Shown: positions 42,136 through 57,262, counted from the stretch's first letter. The stretch: DNA of 64,000 nt from the human T2T-CHM13v2.0 reference genome, Homo sapiens (GCF_009914755.1 NC_060942.1); one strand, 5' to 3'. The notes: a model not told the origin generated them from the sequence alone. A program made the numbers and translations.

Positions 42136-44099
42136 TACTTCTTCTAAATCTTAATCATGATTAATTCTCTGGAAAATGTATGTTGCTTATAACTAAAAAT
42201 ATATACATTGGAATAATGATGAATTGTACATATTAATCACCACAGGTGAGAAAGTGACTTATTTGGAAATAATTTATGTCATATCCTCTGACATACTAAG
42301 AGTATCATAACTTTTTCCTCATTAAATAGCAAACTGAAAAAAAGCTTTCATTGTCATGTTAAGTATGTTTTAATCAGACTTAAAAAATAATACTAAAGCT
42401 TGTCCTTTCAGAATATAGAGATATAAGTTATGTCAGAATCACAATCATTATTTTTAGTGTTATGGTATATTCAAAATGTTAAACTGATTTGAGTTAATCA
42501 ACATAAAAAACAATTTTTACTTTTTTCCAAAGGATACTTGGCTACTTTCGACTTGCTTTACGGATAGCTTTGCCAAATCTTTGTACCTCCTTTGATTACT
42601 TTTGGGATAGCAGCAACAACAAATATGTTTTTTTTTTTCCTTTTGAATAATGCCTTGGAATTTTGCTTTTGATGAATTGACAATTTCTATATGAAACATA
42701 TTATATTGAAGAATTACACAGAATTTCAAAGTAAGTAGAATAGAACTTAAAACTTCCTATTTGTAAGGTTGCATTATTGTGAATGAGAGAAAATAACAAG
42801 GGTTTACTATTCTTTTCTTCCTGAACTGGCTGTAGAAGTTAAAATGACCTCTTCATCACCTAAGAAGAATGTGGCACTGTGTTAGTGGTCAAATGTGATG
42901 ATAACACAGGAGAATAAAACCACAACCTTTTTTATTTTTTAAGACTACTATGGATTTCTCATTTCTTAAATTATCTCTCCATTAAATAAACAAATTCAGC
43001 AATAAATAGTTTTGAACATTTCTTTGAGCAGAAAACATAAGCCAGTTTTTGTGGCCGATGTTGAGATTACAAAACTGAATATGATATGGTCTAGATATTG
43101 GCATTGCTTAATCTTTGTACAACACAAGTAATTGCTAAGGTCAGGTCTTGTAGATTGGACATCTGTGTATACGTGGTGAGCCAAAAAAAAAAAAAAAAAA
43201 AAGCTTGCAAAGTCCAAGTTATGTGCAAGTTACTTTGCGAACGAAATTTTCGCCAATGACATCATTGTTTTGAATAGTGTCACCATTACCAAGATGTCAG
43301 CATTTCTTGGAAGGAATTAAGCAGCATGTCCATGGTCATTTCTTTGTTTGCTCTGAACATTTCTAGGAAAGAAATAAGCCAGGAGACCTGATCTAATTCC
43401 CTGGGGAGCATAATAATAACAGACCACCTGACAAACAAGTGCTAGAGATTTTGTTAGCAGAAGAGTTGTTATCTATTCAATGCTTTTAACAGTATATTCC
43501 TTGTTCTTATAGATTGTTTAGGGTGAACAAGTTACTAACCTATCATTCGTATGACCTGACTCCAAGGAAAGTATCCTATCAATCATCCATACCAATATGT
43601 GAATATAAAATGAAGATGTTTAATGAACTTAATGATTCTTTTTGATATGTAAGTGAGGGGATAATACCAACTAGAAATGGCATCTATCATCTTGGGCAAA
43701 TGCACATCAGGTATGTAAAGATTGTATTTCCATTGGTCTATATGTAGACCAATGTAGAAATGGGTAAACAACACTTGTGGAAAATTAGAAAAGATGGAAA
43801 TGTTTTAATATTAAGTTTAAAAAGTACTTAAAGTCATGTGAAATCTGTCAAGATAGTTAAGAGTTATTGGGACAGGATTCAGAGTAGGATGGAGGTATAG
43901 GGAGTGAGCCCAGTATTCAAGGTCAGTTTCCTCTTAGAAGCATGATACATCTCAGAGCAGGCACTTGAAAAGCTCAGAGCCAAAGGTTAAGCACTGCAGT
44001 TATGGCAGCCTCACAATGTTAGTGGGACAATAGTCAGAGTCCAAGACTGAGACAAATGTCTGAGTAAACTCTATTAATTTGGATGATATTCTGAAATAT

Positions 44100-44222
44100 T
44101 GCATCATAGAAGTAATGTAAGCTGGAAACCAATGTGAACTATGAAAGACCTTAGAACACATTTGAATCATTTTATTGAAACCAATTTACTTTGAAATGCA
44201 TCAAAATATAAAATTCATTGAT

Positions 44223-44259
<37 letters not shown>

Positions 44260-45725
44260 AATAGATATATATGCGGAAAAGTAAATGTGTTAAACCTAAC
44301 AATGACAGGATCTACGTAGTAGAAGTGTGGTTGTTCACTATAAATCAATTTGATTTTCTTTCTTTAAAGATTTTCATACTAAAATATTGTGAAAATGTGA
44401 ATAGAATTAAGACTTTTCCTGGCCAAAAATTATACTATACCATGATATTACCAGTACACATATGTTAAGTAAAGTATTAGAGAATATGGGATCTTCTCAA
44501 GAAGGCAAAGCTTTCTAGATGGAAGCTAAAAGATGTATGAAGAAATGATGAGCAAGAAAAACAGTAGGTATAAATAAATGTTGATTCCACATAACAACAA
44601 TAATAAAGACATATATCAAGTGTATGTATTGCTATGTAATGTATACTATTTAAAGTAAATAGAATGGTCCCAACTAACATTAAAACCGTATTTTTTATAA
44701 TCATAGAGTAATTTATGAGAACACTTTTAATAGTAAAGAGAGTGGACCAATGTCAATTAATGACAACAAAAAATAAAAAAAAATATGATCAATTCAAAAG
44801 AAGACAAAAAAGTAAGAAAAAAGGGAAAGATTATATGAATATAAATGACTTTTTAAAAGTCATTAAATTGTGTATCTAATGTAAATAATATGCTCTACAC
44901 TCAAATTGCATATAAAGATTGTAAAACAGTATAAAATTTTCTCAATTATTTGTCATTTACAAAGGAAATGTCTAAAATATAAAGATATATGAATAAAACT
45001 GAATGGATAAGCATAAGCTTTGCAAACACTTATTAATATGAAAATATTGATGTCAAAATAGACATCAAACCAAAAAGCATTACTAGTGATAAATAGACAT
45101 TGTATTATGCTGAAGAATTTACTTAGTTCAGAAATTATAAAGTTTTATAATCATACAAAACTGACATAAACAATGGAAAAATAAACAAACCAATAATTTT
45201 AGAAGGATTATTCGAACTATCTCAAAAACTCATAAACAAGGACACCAAAATCAGTAAAGATAAAATAAAGATTAGGACGTCACAATCAGTAAAATTAATG
45301 GTGAAGATATCGCACTCCTTAAACTGCAGAGTGTACTTTCTTTTCAAGTATGCACTAGACATTTACCAAAGTTGACCATATGTTGTGCCATATAGAAGGT
45401 CTTTATAAATAATTTTTAATGTTGGAAATCATACACATCATCGTATCTTGCTGAAAATAAATTAAACTAAAAATTAATTAAAATGATAACTAGAAAATCC
45501 TTGTTGCATATTAAATAATGCACTTCTAAATAACTCATAGAACAAATAAGAAATTACAATTTTAAATATAAATATATTAATTACCTAAAAGAAAATGAAA
45601 AATTTAAAAATATGAAATGTTTTATTGTCACAATTGGCTGGTGGTTATATGAACGTTCTCTTTGTGACAAACTATTGAGCTATAGATGTTTATTTTGTGT
45701 GATTTTCTGTACCTGGAATATATTT
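44100..45725 (+). mobile_element. Ancient L1M fragments (3' end pieces and ORF2 endonuclease region), with (TA)n at 44226-44256
   Basis: caaaatagacatcaaaccaaaaagcattac; ttcttttcaagtatgcactagacatttaccaaagttgaccatatg. Confidence 0.7.
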
Positions 45726-45969
45726 TTAAAATGCTTAAGGAGAAGCATATTACTCTGGTACTTTGGCCACAGAAAGTAAGATAAGATAATTCAATATATC
45801 CACGAAAAATATAATGATTTGAGATGGAGAAAAAAATATTATTGGGGATTATATCTTTTTTATATGGTTTATAATTTTGCCTAAGCTAAAAGGATATTTA
45901 CCTTTATGTTCTGATTGTTTATAAAATTATGAAGAACTATCTCCTTAGGTAACATACACACATAAATAA

Positions 45970-46205
45970 CAATAGTGGTTACTCCACAGATTCTGGAACC
46001 TAAATTCACATTCCAGGTTTACCAGACACTACTCCTGTACCTGTAGAGAAGTAATCTCTCCATGTCTCAGTTTTCTCATCTGTAAAATAAAAATTATACT
46101 ATATTATAATAATAGTAATCTATTGGGCTATGTGAGTAGATACATTTAAAATGAGTAAAACAGCTCCTGGTCCATAGTAATTGCTCAATAATGGTTAGCT
46201 ATGTT
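45970..46205 (+). mobile_element. MIR SINE
   Basis: gtctcagttttctcatctgtaaaat...catagtaattgctcaataatggttagctat. Confidence 0.8.
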
Positions 46206-46617
46206 TTCTTCTCTATAATATTCTCAGTTTGCAATGCAATTTTTATATAAGAATAGTCCTTTACAAATCAGAAAATTATCTGTGACTATAAAATTTGACC
46301 ACAAAGTATCTGTTATTCTTAAATAAAAACTATCCAGTTGGATTAACTGCTTTTATTCAATTTATTTCTGCTTAAAATTACAATGTTGTTCATGAGAACA
46401 TGAACAACTTCTCTTTGAAAATTCTAAGGATTAAACAGCTATGCTTTTTTTCACATGAAATATCAGTCTTTACAACCAACATATTACAATTTTCATGATT
46501 ACAATTTAATTGAAAATATTTTCCTTGGAGGGAAAGTCTGTTGGTACCTTGGTGATAATTTTATTTTTTTTAGTACCTCGTTTATAAATAAACTCTGTAA
46601 CATATTATTTCTTAACT

Positions 46618-47170
46618 GAGGTAGGATTTTATGTTACTATGTAACAAATTTCCACAAATTTATTAGCTTAAATGATACCTATTTTATTGGCTCACGGTAT
46701 GGTAGTTCAGAAATCTGGCATCGCGTGTTGGTTCTCTGCTTGGGGTTTTACAAGGCTGAAATCAAGGTGTTTGTTGGGCTGAGTTCTTATCTGGAAGATC
46801 TGCAGAGAAATATCTGAGCTCATGCAGTTTGTTGGTAGAAGTCAGTTACTTGCTGTTGTTAAACTGAGATTTCCTTTTCCCTGCTGGCTGTAAACTGGGA
46901 GTCCCCCTTGCTCTCAGAAGCCACCTGTACTCCTACTTCAGTGGAGCCCTTCAACACCAGCAAAAGAATGTCAAGTCCTTTGACTTTGAATCTCTCTCAC
47001 TTCCCCTTCTATCACCAGCCAAATAAAGCACTCTGCTTTTAAAGGTTCATAGGATTAGATCAGGCCCACTTGATCAACTGATCAACCATGCCATATAATG
47101 TAACCTAATCACCACAGTGATATCCCATCATTTACAGTACTTGGGATTAGGATATGGAATTTTAGAATGA
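46618..47170 (-). mobile_element. MLT1 (E/F-like) MaLR LTR
   Basis: tgtaacaaatttccacaaattt...caaggctgaaatcaaggtgt...gattagatcaggcccac. Confidence 0.82.
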
Positions 47171-48371
47171 GAGACATCCTGTTTTTTGCTTTTCACAAAT
47201 GATGTTATGGCTGGCTAAAAGGGCTCCTTTTGTACATCTCTGTCTACTCAAGGTGAGGACCATGGATCTTATTCCATAGTTCTAGAGATAAATTCTTTGC
47301 GATTTCTAGATGCTTTAACTACAGATACTTCAAAGATAGGAATGAAAATTACAAGGTCTAAGGATTTTCTGGTAATCCATCCTGTTCAGCAGTGGAACAG
47401 ATTAAGTTTTGATGTCATAAACTTGTTGCTACAGAACTTATTTTGCTGATAGAAAATGACTGCCTAGTTTGGATATAATGTGTAACATCTCTGCCATAGG
47501 GAGGAAGACTAGACAAAGAACTCTTTGTTCCCTCCCAACTCTGGTATTCTATAAGTCAAAGACTTTAAGAATGACTTACTACATAGCCTTTTAAATGTAA
47601 TTTTTTGTGCTTCTAGTATTAACCTTGAAACATTAATTCAGTTTTTTTTTAAAAAAAGAGATTCTAAGAGAAAGCATAAATATTATCTGAATTTCTTACA
47701 TTTTACATATGTCAAAACAAAAGTTCCAATAAATTAAATGACCTTTTCATCTTCGTCAACAACAGAATTTTGGCCCTAAGCTAGATATTATGGTGCCAAA
47801 TACATAAGTCTCTGAATACATTTGGCTTCTTCTAAGCCAAATATAAGCATAGGGAAAAATGTCAGGATAAATAAGGCCTAATGTTAACACTGGAGTTTTT
47901 CATTCTCTCTGCAATCTTCATGGATGGAAATGATTTTGATAAGTTGTTGAGGCAGCAGTTTCATGTCTATTCTGAGTGCAAAGAGACTGAAAGAAGACAA
48001 GATGAACTTTCAAGAAGAGATCAATATGGAAATTCCTTACTGAATGAATATAAATGAGTTAATTTGATAGAAGACATATTAAGTTTTACTAGAGACATTC
48101 CTGGAAGAAAGCAGAAATCCTATGAAATGTACTATAAATTACTTGGAATTTTGTAATTTTTAAAAATGATGAAACTGTTTGAGAAAACAGATAATGTAAG
48201 CAGAAGGCAGGAAGTGGCATTTAGAATATTCAGCAGTATGAACTTGAAGGGAAAGGCTTTATGAATATTCTTTCCAATTTGTCACAATAGCAAATGGACA
48301 CTGATTCCAGAATAGTAGATATTAAAAGAAAACTAAGTTAACTGTCTGGGTGGGATAGATTTATGAATATT

Positions 48372-48441
48372 AATTCAATTCAATAAGCCTTTATAAGACT
48401 CTGCTGTGCATGTATCCTCAAATTAGGTACTAGGTGATTAA

Positions 48442-48478
<37 letters not shown>

Positions 48479-49040
48479 GCTTTTGACCTAGTAGAAGAGG
48501 GGGCAATTTTTTAGCTAACTAGAAAGCATGTCAGATTATAATAAATTCTGCAATTGTAAATATAAATAAAATATGATGGAATCACAAAGGAGAGAGTAAC
48601 TAAATTGGCCAAGCAAAATCAGGAAAGGATTCAAAAAAGTAGCAAATTTGGGCTGTTTGTCAAAAAAATTCAATGGGCTAAATTGAGTGGAAAGAAATGC
48701 CAATTAGACGGAATAGAATAAAACAGGATGAAATAGCATCAGCAAAGCCATTGAGTCTCCCAAGTGTTTGCTGTGACCAGAGAGGAATGAAACACTAGAA
48801 GATAAGACCAGCAAGGTAATTTAAACACAAAGTAGAAAGGATCTTGAATATTGGATAAATTAAATAATCTTCTTTGTTAATAGAAAATCTGACTTTTTTA
48901 ACATGAGTTGTCAAATAATGCTATCTTAAATATAATAATGGTAATAATATTTTTTGTAAACATTTGGAGGATAGGAATATAGAGAACATAGAATGTGAAG
49001 ACATGGAGACCTGTTGGGAAATTATTACAGATACTCAAGT
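48372..49040 (-). mobile_element. L2 fragment containing (AAT)n at 48442-48478
   Basis: attcaattcaataagccttt; aaaatcaggaaaggattc; tagcatcagcaaag. Confidence 0.6.
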
Positions 49041-50029
49041 GGCTTATCATAGGGAATTCATATCAAATAAGACTGGACACAATGGAAAGTGGCTGACGGA
49101 TTTAGCCACTTCATTTCTTCTCTGATTCTATATTACCCTTTAACTTGGAAAGCTGTATTGCCTTTTGACACTTTCTGTCCACTCTTACTAGATTTTGTTT
49201 TAGCTTCAATTATGTGATGCCATTTTCTGAGAACTTCAGAATTCTTTATAAAAGACAACCAAGGATCCATTCATAGGTACTTGATAAAACATATTACTTT
49301 TTAAATTCATAATCCAAGTTATAAAAAGACTTTTATTGGACAACCGATATGCTCTGTGAATTACATGAATTGATATATACATGCTATGTAAATGCTTTCA
49401 AATAATAAACTTAAAAAGTAATAATGTAGGTTAATATAGTATATATTTTATTCTGCCATTTTTCTTTAATTATATCCCAAATAAATGCTCAAAGGCTCAT
49501 AAAGTATATTTGTGTAGTATTCAATATTTTATATTATCATAATTTTCCTAGACATAGTAAGGGCTGAATATATTTAGTGCTAATTCTTAATTATATTTTC
49601 TAGGGAAGTAATAAGAAAGACATTTTTTACCTTACCCATCATATGCCTTTAACAACATCCACTTATTTTAGAATACGTTTTTATGCTTATTAATTACAAC
49701 CTCATGTACTACCAAAGAACAACTATAGAAACTTAATATACATAAACCCTTATTTATTCAGAAATCTAACTCTTCATGTCAATCAGCACATTAATGGGAA
49801 CACAATATGAATCAGTTGCTTCACTAGATGATTGACACTGCCTTACTAACTTCGCATAACCACTCAGAGAGATAGATATTATTTCATCATTTAATAGAGG
49901 AGAAAATTGGTTCAAATGTACAAAAATATTAATAAAAGTCTGTTAGTAGATTGGATTATCACAGTTTACACCCTAAACTATCTGCTCATTGTCTCCCAAT
50001 ATTCAATTCTTTTCCCTTCTTTTATAACA

Positions 50030-50440
50030 GATTTCATTTTGTTTGAAATTAGACCTACATATGGATAATTATATACAGGAAAGTCTACTTTTTCATTTAA
50101 AATCTATGAAACAGCTGAAAGTGCTATCCTCTTCCTGTTGTTTAAAAAAACAAAAACAAAAAACATCATACAGCTAGAGCAAACGGCTATTGTCTTTCTA
50201 CTTCCTCTTCAATTGTGAATGTTAAATACAGCAACCGTCATGTCAGATGGGAACGTAATTCACAAACTAAAGATGTTAGAACAGAAAAGAAGACCAGGTC
50301 CTTGTGACATAGTGGAGCACTGGCCATGGATTTCTTGCCTCTGATTTTTTTTCTAGGTGAGAAATATACACCCTTACTTCATTAAGCCATTGTATTCAGT
50401 TTTCTATTAAAAACAGCCCAAAGTAATGTAGATGATTGTA
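50030..50440 (+). mobile_element. Old MLT1 (J/K-like) LTR
   Basis: gtgagaaatatacacccttacttcattaagccattgtattcagttttct. Confidence 0.55.
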
Positions 50441-51774
50441 TATGCCATTAAATAATAAGAAAGAAATTATGGGCTAGGTAGTTGGAATGAGTTAACTTAA
50501 ACTGAACCAATCTTAGTTTTCAGTGTCTAAGCAACCAAAATTATTAAGCAAGCATATTATATACCAGTAATATGAAAAAAATGTAGAACATTATGAGCAA
50601 GAATAGGAATCTCCTGAAGTTTAGAGAGGCTACTCTCTGGAAGAGACGACACAAGTGTTTTGCATGCATCATCTTTAATCCTCGCTACAATGGAGGCTGC
50701 ATACTGATTGATATGTAAAGAAACACAGTAGCAAATGATATGTACATTAAAACAGTGTATTTAGAAATACACACATATGTAAATATACATAACTAAAATA
50801 TTATATGTGGTCATGTTTAGATAATTGGATAATGAATAATTTTTAAAATACTTAATCTTCTCATGTCATTAACTATGCTTCAAATTTAAAATTTTGTGTT
50901 CGCATAATTTATTTCCTATTGTTGTAAAAACTGCATCAAGATAATACAAAATAACAGCAGCCACAACAGCAATGACAGCATCCTCATACATAATTTTGTC
51001 TACATCTCAGTTCTATTCATAATTTTACACAAATTCACAGATGCAATTATTTAATCAAGGTGAATTAAATGTTCCTTGCCTGTTCATTAGATTCTCTACC
51101 AAACTATGAAAGGTTAACAGGACTGTGATGCTTTGTTAGTCATTGTGGCTAATTTGGAATAACTAAGATAATATATGGAAGTAGGAGTGACACAAGTCAT
51201 GATAATTCCCAGATACAAGCTGTCTTCTTAAAGGTTCATATTATACAGATCTATCTCTTATGCAATAACAGACAGTTGAAAATCTCAGAGATGACTGAAT
51301 AAGTCCTTCCCCAAATGGCACTTCTTTTCTTAATGAATAAGATAAAAATTTAATGATACAACTTATAATTTTTTCTCTGCCTAGTTATTTACAACTAATT
51401 TGGTGATGGTTTTATTTAGAGTTAATGAGTAAACATTTTTATTTTCATTGAAGTATACAGAATATGAAATTCTTGAGTTATTTGGCCATGGCCATTTAAC
51501 ATTTCATAGCAGTTAGGAAAATCAGGAAGCTGTCATTGTTATGAAGCCAAAATGTTTGACTTTTCAAATTCTAGCATCAGTATATCAAACATAAGGTGAA
51601 CACCAAAATTATAAGAAGGTATAAAGATACAATGTCAAGATGCAAAAATTACCAAGATCATCACCACTGTTATCATTATCATAATCAAGGCTCTTAACAT
51701 AATATCTTAGAAAAATGAAGATGAGGCAACCTGGTAGGTCCAATTTTTCCAAATAGTTCTTGCCTCTCTAGATA

Positions 51775-52075
51775 CGTGCAATCCAAAATATAATCTGTGC
51801 CACATAGGTAATGCTAAATTTTCTAGTAGCTGTATTACAAAAGTAAAAGAAACAAGAGAGACTAATTTTAATAATATACTTAATTTAGTAAGTCAAAAGT
51901 ATTATTTTAATATTTAATCAACAAAACGTTGTTGAGATCTTTTATATTTTTAATTTTCCTACCAAGGTTTCAGAATTTTGTCTGTGTTTTACGCTGTAGC
52001 AATTCTCAATTTGGACTGGCCACATTTCAGTGCTTGATAGTCAGATGTGGCTAATGGATACCCAGTCAATATAAT
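51775..52075. mobile_element. MER33 MITE, second copy
   Basis: gccacataggtaat..taaattttctagtagc...gccacatttcagtgcttgatagtcagatgtggcta. Confidence 0.8.
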
Positions 52076-55000
52076 TCTAAGTAACCTCAAGATTGTAAGG
52101 CTTACCTCAGTAATCTTAGAAATCCAACTTTAAAACTTCTATAATAAATATTTTTGGCTTATTTGGTTATCTTTTCATGTATTTTATAGGTTCAGAAATC
52201 TCAAATTTGTGTGTAGTTTACTTTTACCTTTTTATTTATTTCATTGTTTTTATACTTAAAGTATCCTTTCTGAGTATTGTCTAAATATTCAGTAGCACTT
52301 CTTATTTACAGTTTACAATTTAACTGAAGCCTCTTCATTTTATATTGGGTCTATTATGGCATGCAATGTAAGGGAAAATGATTAATAATTTTTGAATGTT
52401 TAGATAATTTTCTCTGTAATATTTATTGAATAATTATTTATTTTCCCATTGAGTTATAACATCACTCAATCATATATTCTATTAGGGCAATTATCTTTGC
52501 CTGTGTTGCTTTTTACTATTCTTTTTGATTAGTTTTAGAATCTTTTTGTCTAGATAAATATCACATTGGAATTCTATAAAATTTGTAATTAACATTGGAA
52601 AAATTCCTATATTTTTTGGATCAACCTGTATTTCATTGGCCACTCCAACCATTATACTCCAACATTTAACGATTTAACCTGTACTATATTGAACTTTATT
52701 TTTGGTATTCCTCTCTACCTGATATTGTATTGCTTATTGCCTATGATTGGTATGGCCAAGTAAGTTTCATTAGGGTAGTTCTGCTTCAAGCTCGTTATCT
52801 TTAATGCCTAGAACAATGTAAGCATATAGCAAATTCTAATAGATATATGCTGGACTAGGGAAGGTGGATAATTGAGATATTCACAATGATTAGTTTCTTT
52901 CTACAAGAATGTGGAAGTAGAATGATACTGACTGTTGAGCAAATATATAATGTTTAAAGGCCAATAACAATTTTTGAGAGAATTCAAAATGCCAATATTT
53001 CTGGAAGATGTGTATACCTTATTTGTTTGATCTCATGGTTACCTAAAGTGACTATTTGTTGAGTTTTGAAGCTGAGCTATCTGAGGATCAGGATCAGAGA
53101 TTGTGTGCCTTACTCAAATTTAGAGTCGTACATGGAAGAGATCAAGTCTGAAGCTTTTTCTTTTTCTTTTTTTAATCTGTTGCATGTTACCTTTCCATGT
53201 GTAAATGCATGAAAGAAACTAACCTTGCAAGATTTTGTTCCTGGAAATGTGCTAGGGAGTCTCACATACATTATTTCATTTAGTACTTACAACAATACTT
53301 AAAGTTTAAAAATCTGCATTTTTCCTAGTAATACAAGATGGTTTGAAATTCAGAGAGTTATACAAATAAAAAGTATTCATAGTAGATATTTGACCACAGA
53401 CCTAATTTGCATCTTGGCAATTTACCATAAATGACCATTTTAATTCTTACATTTTTCTCAGCATATTTACCTTTTTAAAGCACTAAAGGATTCTTAAGGC
53501 AAATAGAATTTTCTTAATGATCAATTCCATGATGAAATGATATAATAAACAGTGGCACTGGCTTAGAAAATTTGAGATAAAGGAGCTCTTAAATCTAAAA
53601 AAAAAAAAAAATTCATAAATTGTCCAAATTTCTGACTCTTTTCATATCAAAAGGAGCCATTTTAGGAGCCTATGTAGAAAACAGGAAACATGAAATCTTT
53701 GTATGTTGTCCGCACTGTGACTGATGCAGTTTATACCAGCGTACATGCCACTAATAATCTACTGCACAATTTCATTTAAGCTACAGTAATTTAGCAGGAA
53801 TCTGTGTCTATAAGTTTTAATTATCTGTTTAATCAGTTTTTGAATAAACCAAAGTAGGTTAATTTTTAAAATCCTACTTGGAGCATATGTTTTGACTAAA
53901 TTTGAAACTTAGCCAACACTTGCTGAGATTGTAGGAAAGAAGTGAAACGGATACACTAACAAAAATTATATGTGCCAATATCCATAACTTTGCTTTGATA
54001 AATCGACAGTTTTCTAAGCATGATTCTTGTAATTAATTAGAAGGGGGTCATGAAACCAAATGCTCTGCTGTTTTAAATGGGAGTGTTTGATAGCAATGTG
54101 TTGTTATGTTATGCCAATTTCAAGAACAGACACTTGGAAATTTTAGTTGAGACAATATTATGATGTACCAGCATAGTATGTTGTGATCTGCATAGTTAAA
54201 TGGACCATGTCCTTCTATATTCTAGTTCTTTTAGATTTGTGGGTATAACTGATCCCTTAGTATATTCTGACTGTTCAGGGACTATATATATTTATAGAAC
54301 ATGAAGGCATAATAGTATAGGGTGTCCCTAGTGGGTATAGTTAATCTGAATACTCATTACCACAATTCTCCAGGGATGGCAGTGCACAACGCAATGTGAA
54401 TGCTAATTAATTTCAATATTCAATACTTAGGAACTAGTCTCTTGTCAAAATTGTTTTTCCACAATTATGTGGGAAAAGCAAAGCAATTATTTTCAACTGC
54501 AGAATTGAGAAAGGAAACTCAAGTTCACTCCACTTTCACTCAACACTGGGGAAAATATTGAACATTTATTACAGCAATAAAAGATACTGAAGCCCTGTCT
54601 TTAAAACATTGATTCCCAAAAGAAGCAATAACCAGCCATTTCAGTATGGTAAAGAAAAGAATTTTCATTTTTTAATACTTGATTGACGTACCTATGTTAA
54701 AATTTTCTATGATAGATCCTCAGAACGGAAATTATAGCTTATAGCAAATATTTCACTGAAAAGTTGGAGGTTGGATTCCTTGGGCATATTATTCTCCTTC
54801 TGGTGGAGAACATCTGTAAATTGGAAAGAAAAATGACATGAAAAGAAAATTGAAATCCTAACTCATGTGGAGAAAATTATACAAATTTTGTTCTAAAAGA
54901 ACAGAAAGAATAGCTTATTAAGTGGCACTGAATGAGGTTTATTGTTTCTGGACAGGTGATATTCATTATAGCTACATAAAATATAATATTATTTCAATCT

Positions 55001-56733
55001 TATAAATTGCAACAACAGGAATTACTTTTTGATGTTATATACTTTAAAATGTGATATATAAGTGCTTATATTTTATTAATTAAAATATTAAAATTTATAT
55101 TTTCTGTTGTTTTGTGCTTACTCAAGAGTGACCCACTTCCAAAAACAGAAATACCATAGAGATGATTCGCTGGCATTCAATAAGGAGATCCACTCAAGGA
55201 TGAGCTCTTAGAAGTGTTTCCCTTTGCTTTCTCATTAATGAAGAAAAGGGTCCTTTCTAATTAGCAGCATATATTTAATATATTAAGGATGACTTTTTGT
55301 TGCTGAAATTAATGTTTTGATAATAATAACCATAATGGGCATTACACGTGGTTTTCACTGGTTAAATTATTGACCTAAACTGGATAGAAGATTTTAGCTT
55401 TTTCACCTTTAGTCATAGGGAAAACAGCTCAGCTGCGATCCCTAAAACGGCTATCACCTGAACCTGATTAGATGGTTAATTGAGTTTTGGCTATTGCTCA
55501 ATAGGCCGGTTTGCCTTGAGGGACCTTTTCATTCTAGACGCTCTGTGAGTAACAGAATAGGCAGAGACTGAGACTTCAGGTAGCTTCTAGACTGATTTTG
55601 TCTACTAACTCCTGTTTTGCTAATAAAAGTCAAAGAAATGGAAATAATTTTGTCTGGGGTTTGTTTTCACCATAGCCTTGATGTTGTAGAAAAGTAGCAC
55701 ATTTATATTCACCTTCAGGTGTCTCTGCACATTAACATTACCAAGAAATTAATAATACTTATGAATTCTAAAACTCGATTAAGTCAGTTAAATTTCTGAT
55801 TTCTGCACAAGGCTTCAGGTTAAAACAAGTAAGTTGGAGCCAAAATCTGACCCCTGCTTTTCTGAATAAGCTTTATCCTTTGAGGGTTACATCATCCCAG
55901 AGGGATGAACTTCTACCAATGTAGATAAAGGCCATTATACTTCCCTTCTGACTCACCATTACCCTCTATATAGAAAGCTTAGAAATGAGTCTAAATATTT
56001 TCGAAGAACAACATTTACAAGAGAATTTATCTTTATACCAAGTTCACTCCAAGCTTGACAAATATGCAACTTATTTTTTAAAAATAAAGTAGTTAAATTG
56101 GTGAAGAAAAGATACAAAAGAGGGGTTGAAGTTATAAAATTGTAAAAGAAGAAAGGGACTCCATCTCATGCTAGAATATTCATCTATATCAATCTATCTA
56201 GCATAGCAATATGTATGTGTGGGTATAAAATGCTTATATATGTGAATACATAAATAATACATATATGTACACATATATAAAAATTATCTTGTTTTTCCAA
56301 ATACATGTCTATCTATATCTATACATGCTTATGTTTATAATGTTAAAAGATAATGTTTAGGAAGAAGATAAAATCATGATTTTTATGCACATATAAAAGG
56401 TAAACATATTTAAAAATTCTATTTTAATCACATGACATGAGATAACTCAGCAGGTGTAATTACTGATATTAGGGAAAATCAAAAAGCACAAAACTAGAGA
56501 AAAGGAATACTGAAAAGTATTGCAAATGGAAACAATGCTGGTTATTTCACAGAAGGGGGATAAGTCAATTAAATTCGTACCATATAGAATATAATTTACA
56601 TAATTATCAGGTAACTACAATTTACAAAGTGTACCAAAATATCCCCGAAACAATGAACAAAGCTAGATCTGAGAATACAGAAAGGATGCACAGTTCTAGA
56701 GGACAGATAATTTTCCGTGGAAACACAATTTCC

Positions 56734-57103
56734 CATTGTGATTTTGATTTGCATTTTTCCAATAGTCAGTGATGTGCCATGGTGGTTTGCTGGAACATGG
56801 ATGGAGCTGAAGGCCATTATTCTTAGCAAACTAACACAGAAACAGAAAACCAAATAACCAAGGTTCTCATTCACATATGGGAGCTAAAAGATGAGAACAC
56901 AGGGATATATAGCAGGGAACAATGGACACTGGGGACTACCAGAGGGTGGAAAGCGGGAGAGGAATAGAATCAGGAAAAATATATAATGAGTACTAGGCTT
57001 AATACTTGGGTGACAAAATAATCTGTACATCAAACCCCTATGACACAAGTTTACCTATATAACAAACCCACACGTATTCCCCTGAACTTAAAAGTTTAAA
57101 AAA
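56734..57103 (+). mobile_element. L1PA (about PA12-14) 3' end with complex 5' inversion
   Basis: Antisense ORF2 piece 56734-56775, sense 3' end from ~56789; TSD gaaacacaatttcc (56720-56733) / gaaacacaacttcc (57104-57117). Confidence 0.9.
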
Positions 57104-57262
57104 GAAACACAACTTCCATAAAATAAGTACATATATAAAGTTGTATTGTTATACCTTATTTTAAAAAATTGAAATAAAGATAACCCATGATTTGTATTCA
57201 ACTTTTTTTACAGCTGTGAAAACAATGCTTTTATAATTAACTCTTTTATTTATTTGCACCTT

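Noticed and set aside
43220-43265. Small CpG cluster ttgcgaacgaaattttcgcc in CpG-poor DNA
   Set aside because: Only three CpGs and a weak short stem; not an island and no identifiable element.
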